A stretch of 64,000 nucleotides of DNA from Yuukianura sp. NJ FZ-2021 (taxonomy: Eukaryota): contig CM102284.1 in NCBI GenBank assembly GCA_046563655.1, positions 7,068,001 to 7,132,000 of the forward strand. Reading direction: 5' to 3'. Positions 1 to 12,832 of the stretch are shown here, piece after piece; positions within the stretch are counted from its first letter, which is position 1, and the number at the start of each line of letters is the position of its first letter. The notes beneath the pieces are model-generated. The model ran no database searches, had not been told where the DNA came from, and saw nothing but the letters and a program-made list of their open reading frames with translations. Made by a program: the position numbers and the translations under genes.

Positions 1-2942
1 GATTTCGGACGAATCAGGCCCAACCGCAGCATTCGAGCATAATTTATGCTCAACCTAGCCCGAGGCCACCCGCTAGGACTTCAGTAGCTCCAGTAGTGCT
101 GGAGCGGTATCCACCAGCATCGACGCAAGCACAATCAAATTATGTCCAAAACGGACAGCAGCCGGGTTCCAGGAAGTTTGGCTCTGCGCAGCCTCCGCCA
201 CTGTCTCCATCTTTTTACTACAGAGAAAATGTCCAACCGACTGGAAGAAACTTTTTGACGCTGCCGATCAACCGCCAAACCTCGAGAACACCGCTTTCGG
301 GGAATTCAAACTTCCGAAGTGCTCCGAACTCTCCGCAACCCGTGAAAGTTCCAACATCTTACTACCGAACTTACTCCCATTCACCATTCGGAGCTGCCCA
401 GCGAGCCAGTACAGTGCTGGACAAGTATCCGTCAGTACTTACACTAAATGATGTTACGGTAACTCCTATCTCAAGCCTATCTGGACGACATTCTATTTCA
501 GCAGCTCCGTCTGTTCTGGACAGATATCCTCCAGCGGCTGAAGACGCTTACTACCAAAAGACCACAAGAAATTCAGCGCCAGCGCGAAATTCAGCGCCAT
601 TCCAGAATTCAGTTCCGCCGTCATCTCTGTTCGGACCGAAAGTCGCGCTCAGACGAACTCCGCCAGTGGATAACAACTATGTACCGAATCGGTTTCGGTA
701 TCCCACGGTATCTCCCGGTATTCCACCGAACCGAACCACCCCACCACCTACACCTTCAGAATATGCCATTCCACAGGTCAAAATGCCCACGGAACAATCG
801 GCACGACGTAGAGGAATGGTTCTGGAGTATGCTTCTCCAGCAACAGTACGAACTCCACAACCACCGCCGCCCCCACCAGTAATCCAGCCGACTCAAATTC
901 ACGTTCCAGCGTCAATTCCAGCCCCACCAAAACGAACTCCATCAAACGCTTCCACTTTTGTTAGAAAACCGTCGCTGAAAGTTAAGCGCAATGGATCTAC
1001 TGCAGCGTCTTTCAAAGTCACGCAGCCTCCCGTTCCAAGAAGAAAAGGACCGCCACCGAATCATCCTTCCAGGCTTTTGACTGATGATGAAAATCAACTC
1101 GTTTTTCAAATTTTGGGACACGGAAGACAAGTTAGTAGCAAATTTTGTTTAAAATTTTAAATTTTAAACATTGAAACATTGAGGAAATTCCAAAATTTTG
1201 AATTTATACGAAAGATACAACTGCGTAATCATTTAATTTAAGTTGTTGTGAACTCTTGATTTTTTCAGACGCTGTCCACCGCGGTAGTCCAACTACTGTT
1301 TCCATTTGATGACGAAGGGGGGTGGACCCTTGAAGGGGTCACGATTTTATGTTTTGTACGTGACGCTGCTAAGAAGTCGTACTTTTTGGAATTCATTTGG
1401 CCAGAATCTGGAGCTTGCGTCTTCTCTTGCGAAATTTACGAAGAATTTACATACAAAGCTTACAGAAATTCGAGATTCATCACATTCGAAGCTGAGGTAA
1501 GAAAGTTATAAAATTTTGAAAGAAAAAATTTCCCGAAACGTCTGAAGAACTATTAAATTTTGATTTTACAATCAAAAATTTTGGAAAAAAAACGAAAAGT
1601 GATTTCGGATTTTTTTTTCAGATTTCACAAGTTGGGGTCAATTTTGCTGACCATGCGGAGTATTTAGCTTTCACGGACACTTTGGACAAGAAAATTGAAG
1701 CAAAAAGACAACGCCGGGAGGGTGAGAATCTTGTTCGTCAAAATTTTTCCAGGAATTGAAAATTTTGATATTTTGATAAAATTTTGAAATTCTATGTTAC
1801 TAGATCGTGAATCCAGAACTTATGAATTGAATGGATCCTACCCTATGACGAACGGAGTGAAAAATGTACATGGGTTCACAACTTCCGAAAGAACCTATGT
1901 TTCAAAGGAAGAGAAGAAATCAAAATTTACGTTTGGCAGAAAAACGTCCAAAAAAGACAAAAAAGCCAAAAAATTTGAAAAACGGGACATTGGAGTTCCG
2001 ACGGCTTTTACGCATGTGTCACACGCAGGATTTGATGCAAAACATGGTTTTCAGGCATACGGCGACATTGACTTTTCAAAATATCAAGCAGTGTTTGAAG
2101 AAGCCAACATTTCTGCTAGGGAACTCAACGATCCAGCTACACGGAGATTCATTTACCAGTAAAATCCAAAATTTCAAATTTAAATTCGAATTTTCAAAAG
2201 TTTTTGCCAATTCTTTTTTCTATCTTTCTTAGATTTGTTACAAATTATGAAAAAGAGGCAACTCCAGATCGAAAAATGGCTCCGTCTCCCCCACCACCTC
2301 CCCCGCCAATGCCAATTCAAAACCACCACCAGCATCCTTCACCACCGATCCCTCAGCGCAACTTTACGCCTCAACCAGAACCTGAACCAGACTACCACCA
2401 TGTTGCTGAAAAACAAAAGGCCCCACCACCTCCACCTGTAAGGGCCCACGCATCACCAAGAGTTGCCCCACCACCTCCACCACCTACTCGTCAGCAACCA
2501 CCAGCAGCCACCATGCCACCAGCCCCACCACCACCACCACCAATGCCACCATTGGAGCCACCACGGAGTGCAGCATACACAAGCGCTACCTCAACGACAA
2601 AGGAGAAGGGCCCTGTTATTCCAGACGCTGATTACGATGTGAGATCAAATCTGATGAAGCAGATTCAAGAAGGGGTCAAGGGCAAGTTGAAGGTTAGAAA
2701 ACCTGATTTTTCAAATAAGAAACTTGAATTTTCTAAAAATCTCATCTTTTGTTTTGAATTTGTTTTAGCCTGTTGACGAAACCCAACGCGTAGGAACAAT
2801 TTCGAAAGGCAGCGCCATTGACGGAATGGCTGAAGCGCTGCAGAAGGCGCTTGCGTCGAGGTCACGAGCAATCAACCCCGACTCTTCTGACAGTGACACT
2901 GATTCAGATGCTTTTGACTCCGGAGAATGGGAAGATGATTGA
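1..2942 (+). CDS. WASp: Wiskott-Aldrich syndrome protein (WASP/N-WASP) family actin nucleation-promoting factor, 5'-partial, with long low-complexity N-terminal extension
   Basis: Exons <1-1130, 1269-1496, 1622-1721, 1804-2158, 2233-2692, 2769-2942 join in frame at GT-AG sites. They give WH1 (PSRLLTDDENQLVFQILG..TLSTAVVQL..CFVRDAAKKSYF..FEAE..GVNFAD), a basic region, CRIB (DIGVPTAFTHVSHAGFD), polyproline, WH2 (RSNLMKQIQEG..LKPV), central helix (MAEALQKALASR) and acidic tail ending GEWEDD*. Confidence 0.93.
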
Positions 2943-4890
2943 GATTCAATTTGACCTTGACCTTGGCCTCAACTTTCAGAAATTTTGAAAAACCCGTTTT
3001 TGAAAAAGTTTTGTACAACATCTTTACATTTCTGTCACTTCTACTCATAAAACCAACTTCTCTGTTCCGTAATTTCTGAAATGAAATCTTGGATTCAGAG
3101 AATCACATTCCCCAGGTTCCGAAATTTCAAAATTGGTTAATATTTTTCAAATTTTCACCAACCATCTTTTGTTGCATAAAACGTTAAATATTTTCACAAT
3201 TACAGCAAAGTTTTGATCATTTTAATAAAGGTAAAAAGACAGAGAGAGAGACAGACACACTTTTTTCTTTCCAAAAATTTGCAACGTCCAAGGCACATGC
3301 TGACATGCTGTCTTCCAATTTTGCTCCAACTACGCACAAATTACAACATTTGCAAAAAGTTTGCGAATCGTGCACCGTTCGCTCTTCGCTGGCTTTTCCA
3401 ATGTCAAGTGTGCCAAAAACCAGTTCCTTCCTGGAAGGTACGCCAAATGAATACATAACTTTTTTGCTTAGCAAAAAATTTATTTTGAATTCCTGCCAAT
3501 TACACTAAATCCAGGTATTATTTTGATGTAATTTTTTACTTGCTTGCTGGTTCGTTGCATTAAATTCAATTTTTGTGAGGAACAATTGAAACTGCTCCAA
3601 GGTCAACCTTTTTATAATCATTGTCTAAGTATTTGACATTCACAACAGCAGCTATCCAAGTTTCCATAACTTCATGGAACTAACTGGAAAGTCATAGAGT
3701 CAAAAATCATCTTGAATTGAGACCGCATCATCACAAGAGATCAGAAATAACTGTTCAACATGTGCCTCCACTTGGTCCACTTAACTCTGATAGGAAACAA
3801 TTGAAATACTGCTATTATATCTTAATGTGCTCCAAATTACTTTCTTGGAACTACTTGCAACTTTCCTTTTTGAGTGACCTCTGAACTATCATTGTGTTTT
3901 GGATTTGCAAAGTTGTCAGTTCCGCAACACATGCAGGACGAAAATTGGAGAAGCTGAAAATTAAAAATTGCAAATTCCGCCTTCGTAAAGGTGTGTGTCT
4001 TACGTTGCATTTTTGTTGCAATTTTGGAAATTTTGGTTGAAACGGAAAAACCGAAGGTAAGTTTGGAAAAAAGAGTTAAAGGAGAACAATAACATAACTT
4101 AACAGCATAACGTAATGAAAACATAACTTAATTCGCGAAAAATTCGAAAACAGTGAGTGTCGGTTGCTAAAAAGTCAGAGTGTGATGTGTGTTGAATTTT
4201 TCAAGTCGTGCGGACTGTTAATCCAAAAAGTGGACCCTCAATTTTGGCCGGATGCTATGCGGATATTATGCGAAGCAAAAAGGTTGACCCATTTTTTTCA
4301 ATTTTTTTGTGACATCACTTACTCTGACTTTGTGATGTCATCATTTCTTAGGATAAATGGCGGGAAAATTTTGAATTTGCAAATGTAAACAAACAATTTC
4401 AAATGTCAAAGTTCTAAAGTCAAAAATACGAATTTAAAATTGCGCGATTATCTGTAGTTTAGTTGTGAATCTCCCGAAAATTTTAATGCCTAATAATTGT
4501 TAATCAATTGTCATTTCATAAGAAGTCCGTCCGTCGTGCATCATTTTGGAATTTTGTGATTTGGTAGCTAATTTTTACTACAGTTTCCAGAATCCGGAGG
4601 TTTTCAGTTTCTGGAGCTAAGTCGGAACAAAAAGTTCAAAAAGACTGATTTACTAAAAATTCCAATTCCAGAGCACGTTCATGCTCAACTTCACAAAAGG
4701 TTTACAAACTTGGTAAACTATAAAGTAAAATGTGAATTTGAATTGTAAATTTGGAGCATATCTACTTAGATAGACAAAAATCAGAGTGAAACTAACTTTG
4801 TAGAAATTGAATTTGATCGTTTTCCACCTTTTCCAGGAATTTCGGACCGTCCAATTTGATTCACTTCGAATCCGGAGCTTATAAGAAGAA

Positions 4891-6757
4891 ATGGCATTGA
4901 CAAGTGAACTTTCCATAAATGTCGCCGGTGACTCAGCGGAATCCAAGGCCTGGACAATGTCATTTTCACCTCCAGCGGCCCTTGCAAGTTCAGCAACCCT
5001 CCGAAGACAGAATTACAGTCCTAAGGAACACTGGCGTATTCTTGGAAATCTTCTGGCAATGGGCTTTGCATTTGCTCTACTTTTCACAGCATTTATGGCA
5101 ACCGCAAATCTCCAGAGTTCCGTCAATACGGAGGTTAGTTGAGTTGACCTAGATCTTTGACCATAGAATCATAGAAAACTAAACCGTGTTCATTTTAGGG
5201 TAACCTGGGCGTCTACTCCTTGGCGACGATGTACGGAGCTTTCCTAGTCTCATCCCTGTTTCTTCCGCCGCTACTTTTAGCACACCTAAAAACGAAAGGA
5301 ACTCTAATTGCGTCAATAGCCGGTTACGTTACGTACATTGCCGCACAGTTTCATCCGACATTCTACACCCTGATTCCAGCAAGTCTTTTCATTGGAGTTT
5401 CAGCGTCAGGACTTTGGACATCACAGTCCAACTATGTCACAAAGGTCAGCTTCAAAATGAATTTTTGAAATTGTATAAAGATAAATGAATTTTGTTTGTT
5501 TTTAGATTTCCGAAGAGTATGCCATAGTCAAAGGGCTTTCTGGAGAAATCGTATCGCAGCGGTTCTTTGGTTTCTTCTTTCTGTGTTTCCACTCGTCCCA
5601 AGTTTGGGGAAATCTCATATCGTCGTTCATCCTATCCAGCGATTCCACGATCATTCCGACTAGTTTTGGACATTGTGGGGCCAACTCTTGTCCAGCCGAG
5701 GGGCCACATGAGCAACCAGTTGCTTCAGCACTGACGACGAATACTTCGGAATTCAATTTGAGCTCTACTACTGAATACTTGCTTCTGGAAAAAGAAGGAG
5801 GAAAACCGTCTAAACACAATCTGGAAATTCTTACTGGAATTTTTCTTGGATGCTCCATCGTTGCTGCTCTTGTGATCATTCTCGGCCTTGATTCACTCAA
5901 GAGGTAAAAAGACCTTATTTTTGATTTTGATTCTACTAACCAAGCATAATCTGAAACTTTTAACATATTTTCTTAAATGTTTAGGTATGGCGAAGACGAA
6001 GCAAGATTGCACACCCGGAAGTGGTACTCTTTACTTCTAGCAACGATTCAGCACTGGCGAAATCCCAAACAAGCACTTCTAATTCCCTTGGCCGCCTGGG
6101 TGGGTATCCAAGAAGCTTTTTTGGGAGCCGAGTTCACACGAGTAAGACCGCAATTTCGAAATTTTCGAAAACAATGAAATATTTTCATAGTTTTTCTTTC
6201 TGTCAGACCTTCGTGTCTTGTGCCCTAGGAATTCATAAAATAGGATTTGTGATGGCTTCTTTCGGAGTATCCGCTGCAGTAGCATCTCTAGTTCTGGGGA
6301 AAGCTACTGCCTACACTGGCAGAACATTTGTATTCTCCCTGGCTGCCACTTTGAACGCAACTTGCTTCTTCATTATGCTCTTCTGGCAACCGCATCCAGA
6401 CCAAACCTGGTGCTTCTTCCTCATCGCTGTTCTGTGGGGAGTCGCTGACGGAATTTGGTCACCTCAAGTCAGATGTAAGATATTTGTATTAATTTTCTAA
6501 CTAAATTGATCAATTGTTAAAATATCTATCTGATTTTAGCTCTCTATGGATCAACCTTCGTAGAAACAAGAGAAGCCGCCTTTAGTAACGCCGGACTTTG
6601 GTTGTCAATTGGTTTCATTATAGTCTACGTCAACGCAGCACTGCTCTGCATGACACTCAAAATTTCCATTTACTTGGTATTTCTTGCTTTAACACTTTCC
6701 ACTTTTCTCGTAGTTGAATTTAAATTCAAAGGTGTCAAAGCTAACACCAAAATTTGA
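4891..6757 (+). CDS. UNC-93-like MFS membrane protein (UNC93A-like)
   Basis: About six exons (4891-5133, 5199-5443, 5507-5903, ~5987-6141, ~6208-6474, 6540-6757). Motifs NLLAMGFAFALLFTAFMATANLQSSVN, YIAAQFHPTFYTLIPAS, FFGFFFLCFHSSQVWGNLISS, FVSCALGIHKIGFVM and EAAFSN are characteristic of the UNC-93 family. Confidence 0.9.
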
Positions 6758-7798
6758 AAATTGAAAAAATCAAAATTTAACACCAGAGAAATAAATCAGT
6801 CAAAATGAAATGTGTTTGACATTGTCTCAGTCTCCAATTTATGTGCTCTTCGGCAGTCCAAAACGCAACCGTTTTGACCTTTTTTAATCTGCTGAATAGA
6901 TTTTGATTTATTATTAGAATACAATAATTATAGTAAAAATAAATTTCCATAATTTTGAATGGAAAATGAAATATAAAATTTTGGAATTGTACTGAACATG
7001 CAGATTTTAACCTTGGTTTTGTTCGGAGAAATTGCAAACGTAAAAAAATAAACTGAAATTTTCATTGCTAGAACTCAAACGCCAGTTAAAAATTAATAAA
7101 GATTCTTATGGATTTCTATTAGGGGTGCCTTGAGAAAAATTTACATTGCGAGAGATAGGGGATGAGATAGGAAAAATACACAAGAAAACAATTCTCCTGC
7201 TGCACGTGCAACATTAAAACCATTGTTAAAAAACTTTATTTTTTACGTGGCGTCGAGACCAAGCTAAAAAATAAAAAAAATATAAACTTTTTTTTTTGCC
7301 TACCTCGAAGAATTTATAATTTTTGAATCTGGAACTTCAGAATTGAAAATCCTTTGTAATAATTTATTATTAGTAATTCACTTTGGGTAACATTTTTACA
7401 CTTTAATTGATTTGTATCAATTGATGCAAATCAATTCAAGTGTCAAAATTTATAACCAACCGTGTGAAGCTTAAATCATGTTTGTAACCTTCAACTTTTA
7501 AAATTTTTAAAATCATTCGAATTGAAATGAATATCTTCCATGCCACTACATTTTCTCTTCGTTTCTGGAAGAACCAAAAAATCAAATTTTTAGGTTTCTA
7601 TGGGACCCAGTATCCATGGTTGTATCAAGCTTTCTCAAAATACAGAAATTTGCAAGGTATCTTCAAGTAAACATAGAACAAGAAACCAAGCGTTTGAAAA
7701 CGAGCAGCTACTTATTACAGCAAAGCATCTGAAATTTTGAAACCAAAATTTTTTAGAACTTCTAAATTTTTATTTTGTGTTTGCTTTTTGGTTACACT

Positions 7799-8885
7799 AT
7801 GTCGGGGTCGCGCAGTGGACTGGTGACTGGAGCTGATGTGAACTACGGTCAAAGGTCACCCAGCAAAGATCCAATTCCATTTGGAAGGCGGATGGGAGCC
7901 AACTTTTACCAGGACGAATCCGGTAATGGATTCGGCAGAACTCAAGCATTACCAATCAAAGTCAGCGGAGGTCGTGAGCAGACGCCAATATTTAAAACGG
8001 AAGTACTCCAGAAGTGCGATACTGGACGGGAGAGTAGCCCTGGAATTCAGTATCGCAAGAAATCCATTAAAGATCTCCCCGTAACAAACCAACTTACATA
8101 ACTTTTTGTTGTAATTTTTAACATTTTCGTAAAATTTTGAAAATTTTGGATCAGATCGACAAGGAACCTCGGCCTGGAAGTGTGTCCAATGCTTTTGGAC
8201 ATGGGCTGGAAGAAGAAGCAGAAGATGACATTGATGTTGTAGCGAATCAACTGAAATGGATTCAAAATACGCAAGATAACATTCTGGACTCTCTGCGACA
8301 TGACATTGACCTCATCCAAACAGAAAACACGATTCTGCGTCAAAACAATTCTCGATTGCAGTAAGTCAACATTGAAAACATTTTTGAATTTTAGAAATTT
8401 ATCAAAAGTTTGTATTTTCTAATCGCAGAGCCCAAGTGAGCCAACTGAACCAACTGGTTTCTGACCTGTCCTTTGACCTTCGTCAAATGCGAGATCTGAT
8501 CAGCTCCAATCAAAAAATGGGAATGAACATGCGCGTGCCAATGGCAGACGTTGATTCGTCAAAACGATACGAGAGTCGAACAAGCACTCGAAGGAAGCAT
8601 GTTCCAAACGAAGTGTCCAGTACTTCTACGACTGCTAGTTTGGAGGCCTCTGACGGCAGTGTGAGCGCTCGCAGTCAAACGCGTCGGCAACACAAATCTC
8701 CAAGCAATGCTGTTCCAGCAGCCAATCAGAAACAGTCAAGGACTAAAGAAAGCAGTGCTGACGCTGCTATCAAGCGTGCTAAGCGGAGTTCAAAAGAAGT
8801 TAACTCCGCTCCGTCCCACACTCCACCACCCAAAAAGTCAAGCTGCTTTGGCGGAATGTTTGGTCGTCGCAAGACCACGGAGTGA
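7799..8885 (+). CDS. Hypothetical protein with central coiled coil and Ser/Lys-rich tail (orphan)
   Basis: Three exons (7799-8080, 8155-8360, 8429-8885) splice in frame at GT-AG sites. Heptad-like segment LRHDIDLIQTENTILRQNNSRLQAQVSQLNQLVSDLSFDLRQM. No family recognised. Confidence 0.65.
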
Positions 8886-9955
8886 CCTTTGACCTTGTCG
8901 AAGTCTCAAATTTGTGTGTTCTTCCGCTGTCTAAATTAATAAACTGCAACCGTGTTGACTTTTTCATCTGCTGAATAGATTTTGAATTACTATTACACTC
9001 CAATAAGTTTCAACAATTTTGAATCGAAAATGAATTATAAAATTTTGGATTTGTTCAGAAACCATGCAAAATCTGTATATCCAGGTTTTAACCATGATTT
9101 GGTTGGAGGAAATTTGGAAGGTGAAAAAAAAACTGAAATTTTCGTTGTTACAACTTAACCGCCAAATAAAAGGAGGAGAAAAATTCTCCTCCTCCACATG
9201 CAGCATGACAATGGTTGAAAAACTCAATATTATATACGGCGTCGATACTAAAAAACCTCAGATTTTTTTTTCAATCAATGCACAATTTCAAAATTTCAAA
9301 ATTTTTCTTTTAAAATTTTCAAAATTTCAAAAAATGCGTTTCAAACGCAAGGCAAACCTGTTGATATGCATGGACTGAATTAGTTTAAATTTTAACTCGC
9401 GTCTAAACCTAATCAGGAAAAACATTGATTTCTTTTAAACAAAACTTTGAATTTTCAACTTTACAGCGACTTATGCGAATAACCACTCTGTCCATTGTTC
9501 CACGACAGTACTTCTTGTAATTTGCTGCAAAACTTTTGCCAAAAAAAAAACGCAGCTTCAAAATTTTGCAAAATTTTGGAAAAAAAACCATGGAAGATGG
9601 TTCACGGATTTTGGAAAAAATTATTCGCGAAACAGAACTCGGTCGGTACGAATGAAGGTGAAGATGACGCTGAATAAGGCGAAGAGGTATGTTTAAGATC
9701 AATTTTGAGCCTTGCTTCGGCTGAGATTTAGTTACGAGTTAGATTATAGATTCTTATTCCAAATTTATGTATTATTACATTATAGTTAAGTTACTATATA
9801 TTATTATTCTACATGTAAAGTTATGAGTTTAAAAGTATAAATTCTTATAATAATTTTAACCGAAATCAGTAGGTTGTTTCAAAATTGATTTTTAATTTTT
9901 TGTCCTGGCAACAATTTCAAATTTGTGAGGTACAAATGTTGCTAAAAGTTACAAG

Positions 9956-10025
9956 CAAGGTAACTAAACATAAATACACAAGCGCTTTCTAGAAAGCTCG
10001 TGTGTATTTATGTTTAGTTACCTTG
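9956..10025. mobile_element. 70-bp miniature inverted-repeat element (P/hAT-type, 8-bp TSD)
   Basis: Perfect 25-bp inverted arms CAAGGTAACTAAACATAAATACACA / TGTGTATTTATGTTTAGTTACCTTG. Flanked by GTTACAAG direct repeats at 9948-9955 and 10026-10033. Confidence 0.8.
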
Positions 10026-10187
10026 GTTACAAGCAAGTTGCAGGCTCTAAGGGCAGCCATTCTCCGTAATCAGTCAGTAATTTCAGAGTTGTATCACAGG
10101 ACGACAGCAGCAGTTCTTTGGAAGCATTTCAATTTCGAAATTTCGGAACATTTCAATCCAAGTCAAATTCTAGATTAATCAACGAAC

Positions 10188-12832
10188 ATGGAGTCCAAGA
10201 GCAAATACTACCTGAAACAGTTGCAGCGTCTTAAAGTTGGAATTGTGGCAAGAGATAGCCTACTTAAGGAACTTGGAGACAAAATTCACGTAGGGATATC
10301 ATTAAACTGATTGTTACTTTATGATTCTGGGTTTACTTCTAAAATTTTTGTTGTGTTTTCTTTCAGAAAGCGAAGAAGATCTTTGGAAAGTATGATCCAA
10401 CACTTATGGATCCAGAAGCATACTACAAGTCGCATGAGACGTTCATGAATTGGTTTGATCGATACGCGAAGAACGCGATTGCGAAGATCAACGAACTGGA
10501 GAAGTGCGTTGCTGCTGGAGACACCAAATTGTACTACAAAGCGAAGCTTGTCACTGGCCAAGACAAACCGATTCCAGGCATCTTCATTCCAATTCCTCCA
10601 GTGATCTTCAGTGAAGTCCCTCAAGAATTTCCGGGCTTCAACGTCAAGGAATCAGAAGCTGCTGAGAAGCATGGTGGCCAAGCTCCGTCTGTACCCGGCT
10701 CGTCAGCATACAGTCAAAATAGTGCACCTAACAACACTGGAGGAATCGCTGATGTCAGCTCTTCGGCATTCAGACGCTCAAGCAGTTGCTTATTGGTCCA
10801 TTTGGACTCTGCTGAAGCAGGTTGGAAGCCAAGCGAGGACGCTCATGTAGTAGAAGTTGGTCCGACCGAACCCGAAGCTCATGCCTTATCGACAGTGTCG
10901 TCTGATGACCTTGGAATTTCCACTGGAGCTGGGGACCGTCAACCGCGGTCGAGAGCAGCATCACGTCCAGAAATGTACTTTACGAGTTCCGAGTCGTTCC
11001 CAGAACTTCCAGAAACCTTCCAAGTTTCTTCCGGAAGCAGTCGAGTGGACTCAGCCTGGAATTTGCAATCAAGCAGCGGCTGCATTCCACGTCCAAAGAC
11101 AGCAATGCCTTCAGAACCAGAAGATTTGGATCGCGATGACTTTGAAGTTGCCATCTCCAATTCTACCGTACGAATTCGGACCTCCATTACCGACTTTCTA
11201 CAGTTTGCGGATGTGATTGGCTCAGAGAGTGAACTCAACCTTGGTAGCAGACGCCCTTCTCACGTGAGATCACTGGAAAGTTTAGATTCACAACAGTACT
11301 TCGGATGTGAAGAAGATACTGAGCAACTCGGAGACATGAATGACATGCACAAGAGCTCCTCGGACACTTCAGTTGTTTTTGCTTATCAAGGTCATGGTCA
11401 ACCTCAGCCGGATCGCGAATCACTTTGTCCAATAGAATTCTGTGACTGGCCAGTCCTGCCTTCAACATCGTCCAACCTTGCATACAGAACTTCCAGCGAT
11501 TCTTTCTTTCAAGATGCAGTCAACGAACTTCGAAAGGAACTTTCAAACCCGGGCCTCAAAAAACTCTCGGCGAAGCGGGTGATGTCAACTTCTGCTATTA
11601 ATGGAAACGAAAATACAACGCCTGCCGGTTCCGGAAAAGTAAATGATGTTTCTGGACAAGTCAAATCTCCGCAAGTATCAAAATTGCCTGTACTGATTGG
11701 AAACAGTCTCGGTACCAAACCATTGGAAGGTGCTGTGCAGCATTTATCAAAACTTGGCGTTGAAGCGGTTCGTCAGCAGTCAGAAGTCAGCGGTTCCTGG
11801 AGACTTGATGGACGAATTCGACGAAAACCGAAACTTGGAACTCGTCGAAATCCTTGGCAGCCGAAAGCACCGTGGCGGTTTGGTACGAAAAAGGAGCGAT
11901 CGAAGGAACTTCTGGAACGGAAAGGTTTGAGTGAAATGGGGAAATGGAAAAACCGACTCCATAAAATTGTTACTCCAAGGGACACCGCCGACCCTGACCT
12001 TCCAGTGGAACGCCCTCAGCTTGGTAACTGGAACAATCGACTACAGAAAATCGTCACCCCGAGAGAGGCTCCAGAAGCCGAAGTTCCAGCAGACAGGCCT
12101 CAAGTTGGGACTTGGAGCAATCGGATGCAACGAATCGTCTTGCCACGAGAAAATTCCAGAGTTCAATCGGAGCAACCCCAACCACCACCATGCTGGGGAA
12201 CTTGGAATCAACTTCATCTAAAAGTTCCGAAAACTCCGGAGCCGATTCCACCTCGTCCAAAACCTGTTGCAGCGAAGGTTGGTGGAACATGGAAGCCTAG
12301 AACACCAAGAGTTCAACCAGCTCCAGCACCGCGAGGACCGTTGATAGAATTCAAAGAACCGTTTCCGAAACCGTATGGACCGAAACCCGAGGTGACATAT
12401 GCGGCACTTCGAAAAAGACTTGTTGAAGCCGGACAGCGACCAGCCGAAATTGAAAAAACAATTGGTCTTGAGAAAATCAAAATGCAACCACATTTTGACG
12501 TGCAAATTAGCGTTCCTTCCCACGTCGTGTCACCCCGCAATCGTGTTGTTGGTCCTCGGAAGGGAAATGTGGGAAATCCTGCAAGTACTCCGCGAAAATC
12601 GTTGTCTCTAATTCGAAAACGAAGTCGTTCGGCTCCAAATCTTCCTGGACATGGGCAACATTCTACCAATCAACGGCCAGGATCATCCCGCCTGGAGGAT
12701 TTTCGTGAAATGTATCACGACGGACGCCTTCACGTTTCGCAGCTGAACTCAGGACGTCGTGAGCACCGCGGCGGTGGAAACGCTCCATTCGCAACTGAGT
12801 ACCAATCGTCCTTTAACGCATCAAAAGCTTAA
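10188..12832 (+). CDS. Hypothetical ~855-aa largely disordered protein with internal 28-aa repeats (orphan)
   Basis: Exon 10188-10289 (MESKSKYYLKQLQRLK...) splices GT-AG to 10367, in frame with the 808-aa ORF ending at 12832. Repeats of form GxWxNRLxKIVTPR. No family recognised. Confidence 0.8.

Noticed and set aside
3217-4010. Exon-like minus-strand segments with splice-like sites between WASP and UNC-93
   Set aside because: The spliced frames I tried all hit stops and no family motif is recognisable; may be UTR or lncRNA but unsupported.
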